A DNA stretch of 64,000 bases from Puniceicoccaceae bacterium (GCA_040830765.1 JBFOMH010000020.1:1-64000); one strand, 5' to 3'; shown: positions 28,702 through 39,321, numbered from the stretch's first letter. Program-made: numbers and translations. Notes: a model not told the origin generated them from the letters alone.

Positions 28702-29709
28702 TTATGTGCGGGGGACAAAGCCTGCCTTGCGATAAACCTTGGAAAGCATCCTGTAGGCCCGTTTCTGGGCGACTGCGGCCCCTTCCTTGAACACGGAGTC
28801 CAGATACGCCTTGTCCTGGTGGATTTCCTCATACAGGGCCTGGATGGGTTCCAGGGCGCTGATGACCGCATTGGCCACCGCATCCTTGAAGGTACCATAC
28901 TGGCAGCCCTCAAACGCCTTCTCCAACTCCCCGATGGATTTCCCGGTGGATGAGCTCAGGATGGCGAGGAGATTGCTTATTCCAGGCTTGTCATCCCCGG
29001 CCCTGACTTCGCTTCCAGAATCCGTCACCGCAGAACGAATCTTCTTACGGATCGTCTTGGGCGGATCCAGTAGGTAAACGCAGCCCGACTGGTTGGGATC
29101 GGACTTGGACATTTTTTTGAGGGGATCCTGCAGGGACTTGATACGAGCTCCCGTCTTGGGGATATAAACCTCCGGAACCTTGAAGGTGTCCGAGTAGGTG
29201 TTATTAAACTTGATGGCCAGGTCCCGGCACAGTTCCACGTGCTGTTTCTGGTCTTCTCCAACCGGCACTCGGTCAGCATTGTAGAGAAGGATGTCCGCTG
29301 CCATGAGGACCGGATAGTTCAGCAGTCCGGAGCCGATAAACCCAGAATCCTGACGCTGTGACTTGTCCTTGTACTGGGTCATGCGTTCCAGTTGCCCGAT
29401 CGGGCACAGGCAGCCAAGAATCCAGGACAATTCGGTGTGCCCGATGACATGGCTCTGGCAGAAGAGATGGCACTTTTTCGGATCAAGGCCACAAGCAATA
29501 TAGAGAGCAAGATTCCGGTAGGTTGCCTGGCGTAATTCAGCCGGGACGTAAGGCACGGTAATGGCATGGAGGTCGACAATGCCGAAGTAGCACTCGAACT
29601 CATCGATCATCGAGGCCCAGTTGCGTATGGCACCAAAATAATTACCCAGGTGCAGCTGGCCCGTCGGTTGGGCACAGGTCAGGATGACTTTCTTTTCACT
29701 TTCAGCCAT
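28702..29709 (-). CDS. trpS: Tryptophan--tRNA ligase
   Basis: QPTGQLHLGNY, YPVLMAADIL, VPVGEDQKQH, KMSKS. Confidence 0.97.
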   Translation of the reverse strand: MAESEKKVILTCAQPTGQLHLGNYFGAIRNWASMIDEFECYFGIVDLHAITVPYVPAELRQATYRNLALYIACGLDPKKCHLFCQSHVIGHTELSWILGCLCPIGQLERMTQYKDKSQRQDSGFIGSGLLNYPVLMAADILLYNADRVPVGEDQKQHVELCRDLAIKFNNTYSDTFKVPEVYIPKTGARIKSLQDPLKKMSKSDPNQSGCVYLLDPPKTIRKKIRSAVTDSGSEVRAGDDKPGISNLLAILSSSTGKSIGELEKAFEGCQYGTFKDAVANAVISALEPIQALYEEIHQDKAYLDSVFKEGAAVAQKRAYRMLSKVYRKAGFVPRT

Positions 29710-29712
29710 GTC

Positions 29713-30639
29713 TTAAAGGGGAAGGATTTTTCGGGCGGCCTCGAGGTAACGGGCCCGGGTCTGGTCGATAACCGATTCGGGCAGTTCCGGTCCAGGAGCC
29801 GTCTTGTCCCAGTCAAGTGTTTCCAGGTAGTCCCGGACATACTGCTTGTCGAAGGCCGTTTGTGAGCGGCCCGGCTCATAGGCCTCTGCCGGCCAGTATC
29901 GGGAAGAATCGGGTGTCAAAATCTCATCGATGAGGAAAAGGTTGCCGTCCGTGTCCGTCCCAAACTCGAATTTTGTATCGGCCAACATCAACCCGGCTTT
30001 ACGGGCGGAAGCCACACCGAGGGCAAAGAGTTTCAAACTGATGTCACGGACTTCCTCAAAGCGCTCCTTGCCCAGCAATTCCATGCCTTCCTCTGGGGTA
30101 ACGGGAATGTCGTGCTGCCCGGCTTCAGCCTTTGTTGTTGGGGTGAACATGGGAGTGGGGAGCCCCTCGCTTTCCCGAAGGCCTTCAGGGACGGGCAGGC
30201 CGAAGAGAGTACCGGTGGCAAGGTAGTCCTTCCAGCCGCTGCCAGCCAGATATTGCCGGACGACGGCTTCCATCGGCAGAGGATTCAATTTCCTGACCAG
30301 CATCGACCGGGGAATCAGGTGTTCATGGCCTTCAAGGACCTTGGCCAATTCCTCAGCATGGGATGGCACAAGATGGTTCTGAATCAGCTCCTCGGTTTCC
30401 TCGAACCAGTACAGGCTGACCTGGGTCAGGATGATTCCTTTCCCCGGGATGCCATCCGGCAATACGACGTCAAATGCGCTTAACCGGTCACTGGCGACAA
30501 TGAGAAAGGCGTCCCCAGTGTCGAAAATCTCTCGGACTTTGCCACTGGCTATCCGCTCGTAGGGGAGCCCCTCAATCTGGCGTAATGCTGTTTCTGGCAG
30601 GGCGGCCTCAAGGGCCTTGTAATCCATGTGTAGCCTCAT
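29713..30639 (-). CDS. purC: SAICAR synthase
   Basis: GKVRE, SDRLSAFDV, ADTKFEFG, DEILTPDSSRYW, FDKQYVRDYL. Start may be at 30627. Confidence 0.96.
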   Translation of the reverse strand: MRLHMDYKALEAALPETALRQIEGLPYERIASGKVREIFDTGDAFLIVASDRLSAFDVVLPDGIPGKGIILTQVSLYWFEETEELIQNHLVPSHAEELAKVLEGHEHLIPRSMLVRKLNPLPMEAVVRQYLAGSGWKDYLATGTLFGLPVPEGLRESEGLPTPMFTPTTKAEAGQHDIPVTPEEGMELLGKERFEEVRDISLKLFALGVASARKAGLMLADTKFEFGTDTDGNLFLIDEILTPDSSRYWPAEAYEPGRSQTAFDKQYVRDYLETLDWDKTAPGPELPESVIDQTRARYLEAARKILPL

Positions 30640-30745
30640 CTTGGTGCAAAACCACCACCGTGGTGATAATTACCGCTCAGGCAATTTTTTTTAGAAAAAG
30701 CTTGCGGAGGCATAAGCTACAGGTAGCTTCCTGAATCTTTCCTGC

Positions 30746-30823
30746 GTCCCGTTCGTCTAGCCAGGCCTAGGACACCGGGTTTTCATCCCGGCGACAGGAG
30801 TTCAAATCTCCTACGGGATGCCA
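30746..30823 (+). tRNA. tRNA-Glu (TTC)
   Basis: Cloverleaf with acceptor GTCCCGT/ACGGGAT, anticodon arm CCGGG-TTTTCAT-CCCGG, T arm AGGAG-TTCAAAT-CTCCT, and encoded CCA. Confidence 0.95.
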
Positions 30824-30862
30824 TTCCCCGCCCATCGGGCCGTGCAGGGCAGGTTACCGCCC

Positions 30863-32026
30863 TTAGCTGACGACACCGGCGAGGTTGAAGATCGGCAGGA
30901 ACATCGCCATGACGATGGAACCGATAACCACCCCCAGGAACACGATCAAGGCCGGTTCCAGCAGTGATGTCAGGGAATCCACCGTGGTTTCAATCTCCGC
31001 ATCGTAGAAGTCGGCGATTTTACCCATCATGCCATCGACATTACCGGTTTGTTCACCGGCCCGGGCCATGTGCTTGACGGTTGGCGGAAAGTAGGGGATC
31101 TCGGCAATGGTTTCCGAGAGTTGGCCACCCTGGCTGATGTTGCGGCTGATTTCCCGACAGGAATTCTCGATGTAGGTATTGCCACTGGCGTTTGCGACAA
31201 TCTCCAGGGTCCGCAGGATTGGCACACCGCTTCGGAGAAGGATGGCATACGTGCGGCAGAAACGGGAAAGGGCGATTTTCTGGATCAGTGGTCCGACGAT
31301 CGGCACCTTGAGAAGGACGACATCCTTGGCCCGGCGACCCTTGGGGGTCTTCAGGATTCGCTTCATGACAAACCAGAAGGCGATGAGCCCGGCAATGATG
31401 TAAAGAATGTAGGCCTTGAGGAAATTCGAGGTGGAAATGAGCAACTGGGTGGGCTTCGGCAGCTCTTTCCCGAAACTGGCGAACATCTCGGCAAATACCG
31501 GAATGACGAAGATCAGGAGCACCTGAACCAGGACAATTGCCAGGCCAATAACCGCAATCGGGTAGGTCATGGCACTCTTCACCTGCTTGATGAGTTTTAC
31601 CGTGTCCTCAAAGTAGATGGCCACCTTGCCAAGGATGCTGGCAAGGCCGCCGGAGGCTTCACCGGCTTCGACCATGGAAATAAAGAGATTCGGGAAGGCA
31701 TTGGGATACTTGGCCACCGCCTCCGAAAATGCCGTACCGCTGGAGATGTCCAGCTTCACGTTCCGGATAACAATCTGGAAGACGGGATCTTCCGTCTGAT
31801 CCTGGAGCGCTTCCAGTGCTGAAACAAGGGGCAAACCCGCTTCCAGCATGGAAGAGAGCTGCTGCGTGAAGACGGTCAGCTGGTCCAGCTTTACCTTCTT
31901 GCGCCGAGCCTGCTTCTCGTACTGTTTTTGTTTCGCCAGGCGTTGGCTCTCCCAGAAGGAGACCCGCTTGCGTGAAGACGCTGAGCTTTCCCGGCCCGAT
32001 ACTGCTGCTGCTGATGATGTGGCCAT
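30863..32026 (-). CDS. pilC: Type IV pilus / T2SS platform protein PilC/GspF
   Basis: FTQQLSSMLEAGLPL, GEASG, AMTYP, GEQTG, LLEPALIVFLG..MFLPIF. Confidence 0.93.
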   Translation of the reverse strand: MATSSAAAVSGRESSASSRKRVSFWESQRLAKQKQYEKQARRKKVKLDQLTVFTQQLSSMLEAGLPLVSALEALQDQTEDPVFQIVIRNVKLDISSGTAFSEAVAKYPNAFPNLFISMVEAGEASGGLASILGKVAIYFEDTVKLIKQVKSAMTYPIAVIGLAIVLVQVLLIFVIPVFAEMFASFGKELPKPTQLLISTSNFLKAYILYIIAGLIAFWFVMKRILKTPKGRRAKDVVLLKVPIVGPLIQKIALSRFCRTYAILLRSGVPILRTLEIVANASGNTYIENSCREISRNISQGGQLSETIAEIPYFPPTVKHMARAGEQTGNVDGMMGKIADFYDAEIETTVDSLTSLLEPALIVFLGVVIGSIVMAMFLPIFNLAGVVS

Positions 32027-32155
32027 GCTGTTGCCAGAAGAATTTAGAAGTCACCTTTCGGCAACACAATCCATTTCTCCCGGACCGCTTTCAGGAAAAT
32101 TTTACAACTCTGGGACCATCGGGAACCCGGCTGTCAAAAGCGGGTAAAGCAAGGC

Positions 32156-32902
32156 TTACTCGTCGTCGAGCAGGGAATCGTCGATTTCCGAGTTGTCGTA
32201 GACGTTTTGCACGTCATCGAGGTCCTCCAGCGCCGTGGTCAGGCGGAGAAGCTTCTGGACCGCGTCCTTTTCCGTCAATGGGGTGACCGAGCCGGGGATA
32301 TAGGCCAGTTCGGAGCTATCCGCCTGTAGCCCTGCCTGCTCAAGTGCGGATGACAGGGCATCAAACTCCCCGATCGGGCAACGGACCTCAAAGTGGTCTC
32401 CATTGTTGATGATATCCTCGGCACCGTTCTCAATGGCGATTTCCATCAACTGGTCCTCAGTCGTTTTCTCCGCTGCGAGGAGGAACTGGCCCTGGCGGCT
32501 GAAAAAGTGCTGCAGGGCGCCTGGCTGGGCGAGGTTGCCGCCGAATTTGGAAAAGGTGGAGCGGACCTCGCTGGCGGCCCGGTTCTTGTTGTCGGTAGTG
32601 ACCTCAACAATGATCCCGATGCCCCCGGGCGCGTAGCCTTCGTAGAGGAGTTCAAAGTACTCCACACCGGGGAGCTCGCCCGTGCCCTTCTTGATGGCCC
32701 GGTCAATATTGTCCGCGGGCATGTTGGCTCCCTTGGCCTTGGTGATAATGGTCCGGAGTCGGGGATTGAACTCCGGATCGCCGCCACCACTGCGGGCGGC
32801 GAGCGTCAATTCCTTGGAAATGACACTGAAGATTTTGCCACGCTTGGCATCAATGGCTGCCTTGTGGCGCTTGGTGGTGGCCCATTTGCTATGACCTGAC
32901 AT
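32156..32902 (-). CDS. yebC: YebC/PmpR-family protein
   Basis: MSGHSKWATTKRHK, NPRLR, YEGY, TDNKNR, LEDLDDVQNVY. Confidence 0.96.
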   Translation of the reverse strand: MSGHSKWATTKRHKAAIDAKRGKIFSVISKELTLAARSGGGDPEFNPRLRTIITKAKGANMPADNIDRAIKKGTGELPGVEYFELLYEGYAPGGIGIIVEVTTDNKNRAASEVRSTFSKFGGNLAQPGALQHFFSRQGQFLLAAEKTTEDQLMEIAIENGAEDIINNGDHFEVRCPIGEFDALSSALEQAGLQADSSELAYIPGSVTPLTEKDAVQKLLRLTTALEDLDDVQNVYDNSEIDDSLLDDE

Positions 32903-32952
32903 CGCTAATTTTGGATTGAATGAAAGTTGAGGTGAACGCTGGACGCAAATGC

Positions 32953-34860
32953 CTACCGGGGGCCGTCCTTCTTTTTCTTCTTCTTTTTGGAGATGAGCGG
33001 TCCGGTGGGCAGTTTGCCCTTCTTCTTGTTTTCCATTTCAGCAATTTCTTCCTCAATGGCAATATCCTCTTCGTCGCGTTTGCGGTTGGTCGTCCATTGC
33101 TGGAAGATGGAGAAGCAGTTGGTCGTGGTCCAGTAAAGGACCAGACCGCTGGAGAAGTAATAGGTGAAGGGGAAGAAGATGAACGGCATCCACTTGATCA
33201 TCTTCGTCTGCGCATTGTCGATGGAAGGGGTCGGCATCATCTTCATCTGGAAATACATCGAGATGAGCCAGATGAAGGGAAGGACGTTGATCGCTGTTCC
33301 GACGAGCGGCAGGCCGTCTCCGGGGACGGGAATGGTGCCGTCTGGCATTGACAAGTCATTGATCCAGAGGAAGTTGGCAAAACGTAGGTCCGATGAATTG
33401 CGGAGCAGGTTGAAAAAGGCGATGAAAATGGGGAACTGGATGAGGACCGGCCAGCATCCGGAGAGGGGGTTGATTTTGTGCTTTTTCCAAAGCTTCATCA
33501 TTTCCTCATTCAGCTTCTGGGCATTGTCGGCGTACTTCTCCTTGATTTCCTGCAGCGGCTTTTGCAGCTCCTGCATACGCTTGGAGGAGCGGGCGGCCTT
33601 GGCCGTCAGGGGCCAGAGGCAGAGTCGGATGATGAAAGTGGTCAGGATGATGGCGATGCCCCAGTTGCCGATAACCCCCTCGATACTGCCCATGAGGAGC
33701 AAGAGGCCTTTCGAGACCGCGGCCACCAGACCGACAAAGAATCCGAGGAACCAGCCCAGCTGCATGACATCATCCTGCTTCATGCCCAGCTCCTTGAGAC
33801 GGTTGTAGCTCTTGGGACCGGCGTAATATTCACCACTGAGTGAGTACTGCTCGGTAGGCTGAAGGACCGGAACGTCGAATTCCATGGCCGCCGTGATGCC
33901 GATCGGAACCTTGCCGGTCTTTGGATCCTGCGGGAAGCGGATACCGCGGGCAATGATGGCATCCCCAGGGCTTTCGGGAGTGAAAATGGTGGTGAAGAAC
34001 TGGTTCTTGACCGCACCCCACTGGATTATTCCACGCTCTTCGACAAACTCCTTGGGCTGCCGCTTGAAGGGAAAACTGCCTCCGGTAAACTTGCTGGCTG
34101 GGATGTTATCGTAGTCCCCATTCTCGTAAAAGGAGGCATTGAGGTTAAAGCCCATGTAATCGGCATCGGTTGGCGCGGCCGTTCCCAAGTCGAGGTAGAT
34201 CCGATCCAAACTGACCGGGTTCGCCGTCGGGTTGGTAAAGGTCGAACGGTGCTCAATAAGGAAGGAACCGGGTCCGTCAGCCGCTTCGCCGTTCTTCAAC
34301 TCATAGGAGCGCCGCACGATGACTCCCGTCGGGAGGACCGCCTCGAATGTTGCCGAACGCTCCGATCGAGCAGCCAACCTGTAAAAGAGGGCCACCGGGG
34401 CCAATTGATCGCCTGTCTGCCGCTTGAGATCCAGTGCCGGGTTGTTGGAGACCCTGTTCAGGACTACCGGCAAGGGCGCCTCATTGGTGTGGGGATTGTC
34501 AGCGGGGTAGGTCTTGAGGACTATCTTGGAAATGGCTCCACCGTAACTGCTGAGCGTGATCTCGAGCTGCTCGTTCTCGAGGATAATCTTCTCCTCAGCC
34601 GGCTTCTCAACTGTCTGTGAGGGGATTTCGACCCGTTCTTCAACAGACGGTGGCCCTTCGGCCGGAGCGACAATCTCCGCATCCTCCGCGGTGATGGCAT
34701 CCCCTGCCCATCCGGACTGGCTGAGGGCCCTCTCGTTCTCCTGGGCTTGCTCCATCAAGCGCTCCTGACGGGCTTTCGTCTCCTGGACACCATTGTACAT
34801 CATGAGGAGGAATCCCCCAACGAGGAACAGGATGCCGAGTGTTATGCTTTTCTTATCCAT
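32953..34860 (-). CDS. yidC: Membrane protein insertase YidC
   Basis: NWGIAII.T..IR..LWPL, INPLSGCWPVLIQ.PIF, FLWINDLS.PD, GLVLYW; follows yidD. Confidence 0.95.
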   Translation of the reverse strand: MDKKSITLGILFLVGGFLLMMYNGVQETKARQERLMEQAQENERALSQSGWAGDAITAEDAEIVAPAEGPPSVEERVEIPSQTVEKPAEEKIILENEQLEITLSSYGGAISKIVLKTYPADNPHTNEAPLPVVLNRVSNNPALDLKRQTGDQLAPVALFYRLAARSERSATFEAVLPTGVIVRRSYELKNGEAADGPGSFLIEHRSTFTNPTANPVSLDRIYLDLGTAAPTDADYMGFNLNASFYENGDYDNIPASKFTGGSFPFKRQPKEFVEERGIIQWGAVKNQFFTTIFTPESPGDAIIARGIRFPQDPKTGKVPIGITAAMEFDVPVLQPTEQYSLSGEYYAGPKSYNRLKELGMKQDDVMQLGWFLGFFVGLVAAVSKGLLLLMGSIEGVIGNWGIAIILTTFIIRLCLWPLTAKAARSSKRMQELQKPLQEIKEKYADNAQKLNEEMMKLWKKHKINPLSGCWPVLIQFPIFIAFFNLLRNSSDLRFANFLWINDLSMPDGTIPVPGDGLPLVGTAINVLPFIWLISMYFQMKMMPTPSIDNAQTKMIKWMPFIFFPFTYYFSSGLVLYWTTTNCFSIFQQWTTNRKRDEEDIAIEEEIAEMENKKKGKLPTGPLISKKKKKKKDGPR

Positions 34861-35229
34861 TCAAAGATTACGGGTGGTGGAATGTGAGGGGCCTTCCAGG
34901 TGGGGAGAAGGCTTGAAAGGGGTTGGATGCTGGTGATCCTTTTGCTCGGTGCAAGAACAACTGTGCGGGACCGGGTCATATCCGGATCCACCCCATGGAT
35001 GACAGCGGGCGAGGCGCTTCATTGCCAGCCACGTTCCCTTGAAGGGTCCATGGCTGCGGACGGCCTCCAGCGCATATGCTGAGCACGTTGGCTCATACCG
35101 GCAACCGCTGCCGGGAGCGAACAGGTGAATGACCGGGGAAATGGTGTACCGATAGACAAATAGCAGCGCGACCAGCAGGCCCCCAAGGAGCCGGCGCAGC
35201 AACACATATGCCTGTCGGAAGAATGTCAT
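34861..35229 (-). CDS. yidD: Membrane protein insertion efficiency factor
   Basis: [10 protein letters not shown]...[14 protein letters not shown]. Confidence 0.95.
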   Translation of the reverse strand: MTFFRQAYVLLRRLLGGLLVALLFVYRYTISPVIHLFAPGSGCRYEPTCSAYALEAVRSHGPFKGTWLAMKRLARCHPWGGSGYDPVPHSCSCTEQKDHQHPTPFKPSPHLEGPSHSTTRNL

Positions 35230-35579
35230 GATCGTTGGCCAGTGACCTTTTTGATAGCTCCGAGGAGCCGGTGTTCAATCTCTGCCAGGGTCGCGTCATT
35301 GATAGACGAACGGGCGATAAAGACAACATCGCAGGATGCGGGGAGTCTTTCCTGGTTCCTGCGGAAAGCTTCGCGGAGCAGACGCTTGGCCCGGTTGCGC
35401 TTGACGGCGTTGCCGACACGGCGTGAGGCAATGAAGCCAGCCCGCCGCAATAGGGGCGTTCGTTCCGGAAATTCAAGAAAGTTGAAATAAAAAAATCCGC
35501 ACTCCCGACGGATTCCGGAAGCGCGAATTGCTTGAAATTCCTCTGCCTTGCGCAGGTGTTGCTGACGGGAATACCGCAT
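35226..35579 (-). CDS. rnpA: Ribonuclease P protein component
   Basis: RNR motif [16 protein letters not shown]; lies between rpmH and yidD. Confidence 0.93.
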   Translation of the reverse strand: MRYSRQQHLRKAEEFQAIRASGIRRECGFFYFNFLEFPERTPLLRRAGFIASRRVGNAVKRNRAKRLLREAFRRNQERLPASCDVVFIARSSINDATLAEIEHRLLGAIKKVTGQRS

Positions 35580-35596
35580 GGCTGCGGTCCCCTCGC

Positions 35597-35731
35597 TTAT
35601 GCGCTCAATTGCTTGCGACCACGGGCCCGGCGGGCCTTGAGGACCTTGCGGCCTCCACGGGTGGACTTGCGGGCACGGAATCCGAATTTGCGGGCTCTCT
35701 TGAGCTTTGAAGGTCTGTATGTCGGTTGCAT
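35597..35731 (-). CDS. rpmH: 50S ribosomal protein L34
   Basis: Not in the ORF track. Manual translation gives [44 protein letters not shown] (44 aa). Confidence 0.96.
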   Translation of the reverse strand: MQPTYRPSKLKRARKFGFRARKSTRGGRKVLKARRARGRKQLSA

Positions 35732-35832
35732 GATGTACTACTCCCTGAAGAAAAAAGGACGAGAAGAAGGGCTTTTACGGGTAGTGTCAAGCCGATCGAA
35801 CCTGAAAATACCCCGTCTTTTCCCCCGGATGT

Positions 35833-36420
35833 CTAAATGGCGTCCGTTGAACGGTCGTACCACTTCTCCTCAACCTGAACTGGTTTGTAGGAGGCAAGGT
35901 AGGGAAAGATGGATTGAACGTCCGGAAGGGCCGCGTAGAGCATCTCCACCGCCCGTTTTGTGAAGCGCTCCTCATAAAAACCGGAAAAGGTGGCAAAGAG
36001 CGGTTCGTAAAAGCCTCGATGGTTCAGGAAAATAACCGGTTTCTGGTGATACCGGAGGTATTTCAGGTTGAGGACTTCAATAATCTCCTCGAGAGTCCCA
36101 AGGCCGCCCGGGATGGCCACAAAGGCGTCGGCATAGTCATCCATGATGGCCTTTCGATCGCGTAAGTCTTTGGAAATAATTAACTTGTCACATTTCAGAT
36201 AAGATCTGCCCAAATCGTGGAGCTTCTGCGGGACGACACCAACGACCGAGCCACCCGCCGCCTTGACAGCGTCCGCCAGTTTTCCCATGAGGCCGGTATT
36301 GTTGCCCCCGAAAACGAGCGTGTGTCCTTGTTCGCCAATGGCTGTCCCCAATTCAAGCGCCAACTCGACGAAATGGGGTGCGACGGCGTCGCTCGAGGAT
36401 AGATAGACGCAGATTTTCAC
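35833..36420 (-). CDS. LOG-family (TIGR00730) nucleotide phosphoribohydrolase
   Basis: LVFGG..GLMG, RK, PGGLGTLEE; GTG start. Confidence 0.88.
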   Translation of the reverse strand: MKICVYLSSSDAVAPHFVELALELGTAIGEQGHTLVFGGNNTGLMGKLADAVKAAGGSVVGVVPQKLHDLGRSYLKCDKLIISKDLRDRKAIMDDYADAFVAIPGGLGTLEEIIEVLNLKYLRYHQKPVIFLNHRGFYEPLFATFSGFYEERFTKRAVEMLYAALPDVQSIFPYLASYKPVQVEEKWYDRSTDAI

Positions 36421-36429
36421 CGCAAGGCC

Positions 36430-36699
36430 TCAGGATTCCTCGAATTTTCGCTCAAAGAGCGCGCTCATTTCCTTGAGCATGTCCTCGGCATCATTGCCCT
36501 CGGCTTTGAAGCGGAGCGTGGAGCCGTTTCCGGCAGCCAGCATCATCAGGCCCATGATCGATTTCCCGTTCACTTGTTCGTCATCCTTTTCCACCAGGAC
36601 ATCGGCGGCATACTTGTTGGCTACCCGGACGATCATGGCTGCGGGGCGCGCATGGATGCCCATCTTGTTGGTGACTGTCAGTACGATTTCTTGCTCCAT
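36430..36699 (-). CDS. ptsH: HPr phosphocarrier protein
   Basis: GIHARPA (His15) and NGKSIMGLM (Ser46). Confidence 0.95.
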   Translation of the reverse strand: MEQEIVLTVTNKMGIHARPAAMIVRVANKYAADVLVEKDDEQVNGKSIMGLMMLAAGNGSTLRFKAEGNDAEDMLKEMSALFERKFEES

Positions 36700-36771
36700 T
36701 GAGGGAAAAATTGGGTAGGAATGATTAGGAACATGCGTTTTGGAGTGCCGAAGTAAAAGAAAAAATTCGGC

Positions 36772-38598
36772 TCAACCGCCGGCCTCCTGTCTTTTCCGGG
36801 ATTTCCCGAGGAAGATGCGGACATCAGCATCGCGGGTTCCCATAATCTCCATTGCCCGTCGCAAGGCCTTGGCGGTGGCCATTGTCGGGTTGGAAGGCAG
36901 GTCGGGAAAGATGTTTTCCCGGCCGATGATATCGATCAAGCCACTGTCCTTGAATATCCGGACGGCATCCTTGCGGACCTCCGAGATGAGCAAGGTCCTG
37001 TCCTTCTCCCGCATGTAACGGATGAGCTCCTCCAGGGCGAGGACACTGGTGGCATCCAGATGGTAGGCATTACGCATCTTCAGGATGACAATCTTCAAGG
37101 CCGGCTTTTCACAAACCCGCCGCATCTGGTCACGGAATAGCTCCGAAGCCCCGAAAAAGAGATCTCCCTCCACGTGGACGATTGAAATTTCCGGGGTCGA
37201 GGTGGCTTTCTCCTTTTCCAGTGGAGCCAGTTGACCTTCCTCATCCGGCGCAAATTCCGTTAACTCCGGCTGAGCTGCCTTGCGCAGGAAAAGGAGGACG
37301 GAGGTACCGGTGCCGAGGATAATGGCAAAGTCGAGGCGAATGAAAAGGGCGGCCAGGAAGGTCGTGGCAAAGACGATCCGGTCGGACTTGGTGGCGTTCC
37401 AAACCACCCGGATGACGTGGCGGTTGATCAGGGAAATGCCAATGGCGATAACCAGTACGCCGAGTACGCTGACCGGGATGAACCGCGTCAGTGGGCCAAA
37501 GGCGTAAGCTCCGATGGCGCAAAGGAGGCCGGACAGGATGCTGGCGAGCGGGGTTGCCGCCCCGCTGACCCAGTTGAGCTGGGACCGGGTGAGGGAGCCA
37601 GAGGCCGGCATGCCCTGGTAAAGGGCGCACCCGATGTTGGCTATACCCATGCCCAGCATCTCCTGGTTGGAATCCAGTTTCTGTCCAGCCCGTGAAGCCA
37701 GTGATTTGCCGATGGAGGTCCCTTCCAGCACAGACAGGAAGGCGATTACCAGGGCCACGCTGGATACCTGGCTTATTAGGTCGCCACTGATCGGGGGCAG
37801 GCTGACTCTCCATGCCGTGGCATCGATTCCGTTGAGCGTCAAAATTGCGGAAGACCACTCTTTCGTCAGGATCAGGTTGTTGAACCCGAAGGCGATGAAG
37901 GACATGATCACAAGGGTGATGGCCACATTCGGGAATGTCCTGAAACGACGGTTCAGGCCCCAGAACACGCCGGCGGTCAGCAGGGAAACAACAAAGGTTG
38001 GCCAGTGGGTGGCCGGAAGGGATTTCAAGGTCAGGAGGACCACGGTCATGAAGGTGGAGCCGTCCGGGAGGGTGAAATCGAATCCCAATGCCTTCTTCAG
38101 CTGGTTGACGATGATGTAGATGGCCGCCGCCGTGATATACCCGGTGACCACGGAACGGGAAATATACTGGATGAGATTGGCAACCTTGAGAAAGGCCCCA
38201 AGGACGAGAAATACGCCCGAGAGCAGGACTATCAGTGAAATCAGGGCCAGTTTTTCACCTTGATCGACAATCCCCATGCCGAGAAAGGAGGCGAAAACCA
38301 GCACAGAGGTGGCGTTGGTGGGGCCAAGAATGATGAACCGGGAACCGGAAAAGAGAGGGCCCAGCATAGCCGCAATGGCCGAGGCAAATATCCCGTATTG
38401 GATGGGAAGCCCGGCAATGGCTGCATAGGCCATCCCTTGGGGAAAGGCCAGCAGGGCCACATTCAGGCCAGCCCTGAGGTCACCCCTTGCCTTGGTGGTG
38501 TCGTATCCCCGCAAACTTTTCCGGATGGGAAAGAATGACAAATGGTTGTGGTCCCTCAGGTTCTGCAGGACACGACGGATCGAATTTGAGGATAGCAA
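36772..38598 (-). CDS. SulP/SLC26 anion transporter with STAS domain
   Basis: PQGMAYA, GPT, NQEM, GSLTRS, C-terminal STAS (EGDLFFG, LDAT). Start codon uncertain. Confidence 0.93.
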   Translation of the reverse strand: MLSSNSIRRVLQNLRDHNHLSFFPIRKSLRGYDTTKARGDLRAGLNVALLAFPQGMAYAAIAGLPIQYGIFASAIAAMLGPLFSGSRFIILGPTNATSVLVFASFLGMGIVDQGEKLALISLIVLLSGVFLVLGAFLKVANLIQYISRSVVTGYITAAAIYIIVNQLKKALGFDFTLPDGSTFMTVVLLTLKSLPATHWPTFVVSLLTAGVFWGLNRRFRTFPNVAITLVIMSFIAFGFNNLILTKEWSSAILTLNGIDATAWRVSLPPISGDLISQVSSVALVIAFLSVLEGTSIGKSLASRAGQKLDSNQEMLGMGIANIGCALYQGMPASGSLTRSQLNWVSGAATPLASILSGLLCAIGAYAFGPLTRFIPVSVLGVLVIAIGISLINRHVIRVVWNATKSDRIVFATTFLAALFIRLDFAIILGTGTSVLLFLRKAAQPELTEFAPDEEGQLAPLEKEKATSTPEISIVHVEGDLFFGASELFRDQMRRVCEKPALKIVILKMRNAYHLDATSVLALEELIRYMREKDRTLLISEVRKDAVRIFKDSGLIDIIGRENIFPDLPSNPTMATAKALRRAMEIMGTRDADVRIFLGKSRKRQEAGG

Positions 38599-38673
38599 GG
38601 ATCTGGATGGTTTCTGAACGAGTATTCCCGCACTTCCGGTGAAGCAAATTTTTTCTCGTCATCCTGTAGGATT

Positions 38674-39321
38674 ATGGCGAATCGTCTTTGCCGGATGATT
38701 GCCGCGATCCTATACATCCTGGCTGTATTACTGGCCAACCTGACCGCCACGCTCTTTCTACCTTTTGAAATTGCTCCCGGTACGGGAATCCTGGTTTCGG
38801 TGGGTACCCTGGTTTTCGGGATCACCTTTACCCAGCGGGACCGCATGCATGCAAGGGGCCGACCTTTTGTCTACAAGGTGATCTTCCTCTCGGCCTTCCT
38901 CAATCTCCTCATGCTAACATCCCTTCGCTACATCTGGGGAGAGCCGGTCCTTGGCTGGTTTCAGAGCCGGCAATTGGATTGGTTGAGCGGTGCCACAGCC
39001 ATGCTCATGGAAAATGGATGGCGAGTCTTTCTGGCTTCCTTCCTGGCCATTATCATTGCGGAGGGTACCGACACGGAGGTCTTCCACCATTACCGCAATC
39101 GTTCCTGGATAACTCGTGTAGTCCGTTCCAATGCGGTCAGCATACCGGTTGATTCAGTGCTCTTCAATCTGATCGCCTTTGCTGGCAGTGCCTTTTTCCC
39201 GGCCATTGTCCTCTTGAAGGTCATTCTCGGGGAAATCGTCTCCAAGTTTCTTGTCGGCATCCTATATGCCCTGGTCTATCCGAATAAGAAGGACAGCGAG
39301 ACCAACGGTCAGGACTTCTGA
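38674..39321 (+). CDS. VUT/YhhQ-family (queuosine precursor) transporter
   Basis: ANL, GITFTQRD, ASFLA, DTEVF, SNAVSIPVDSVLF..AF.G. Confidence 0.82.
   Translation: MANRLCRMIAAILYILAVLLANLTATLFLPFEIAPGTGILVSVGTLVFGITFTQRDRMHARGRPFVYKVIFLSAFLNLLMLTSLRYIWGEPVLGWFQSRQLDWLSGATAMLMENGWRVFLASFLAIIIAEGTDTEVFHHYRNRSWITRVVRSNAVSIPVDSVLFNLIAFAGSAFFPAIVLLKVILGEIVSKFLVGILYALVYPNKKDSETNGQDF

Noticed and set aside
30746..30862. tRNA-Glu as an integration site for an island
   Set aside because: No integrase, no duplicated tRNA 3' end noticed, and both flanks are chromosomal core-type genes.
35732..35832. oriC next to rpmH
   Set aside because: No dnaA, no TTATCCACA cluster, and the spacer is only about 100 bp.
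38599..38673. preQ1 riboswitch upstream of the VUT transporter
   Set aside because: Short divergent spacer with no recognisable preQ1 stem or A-rich tail.
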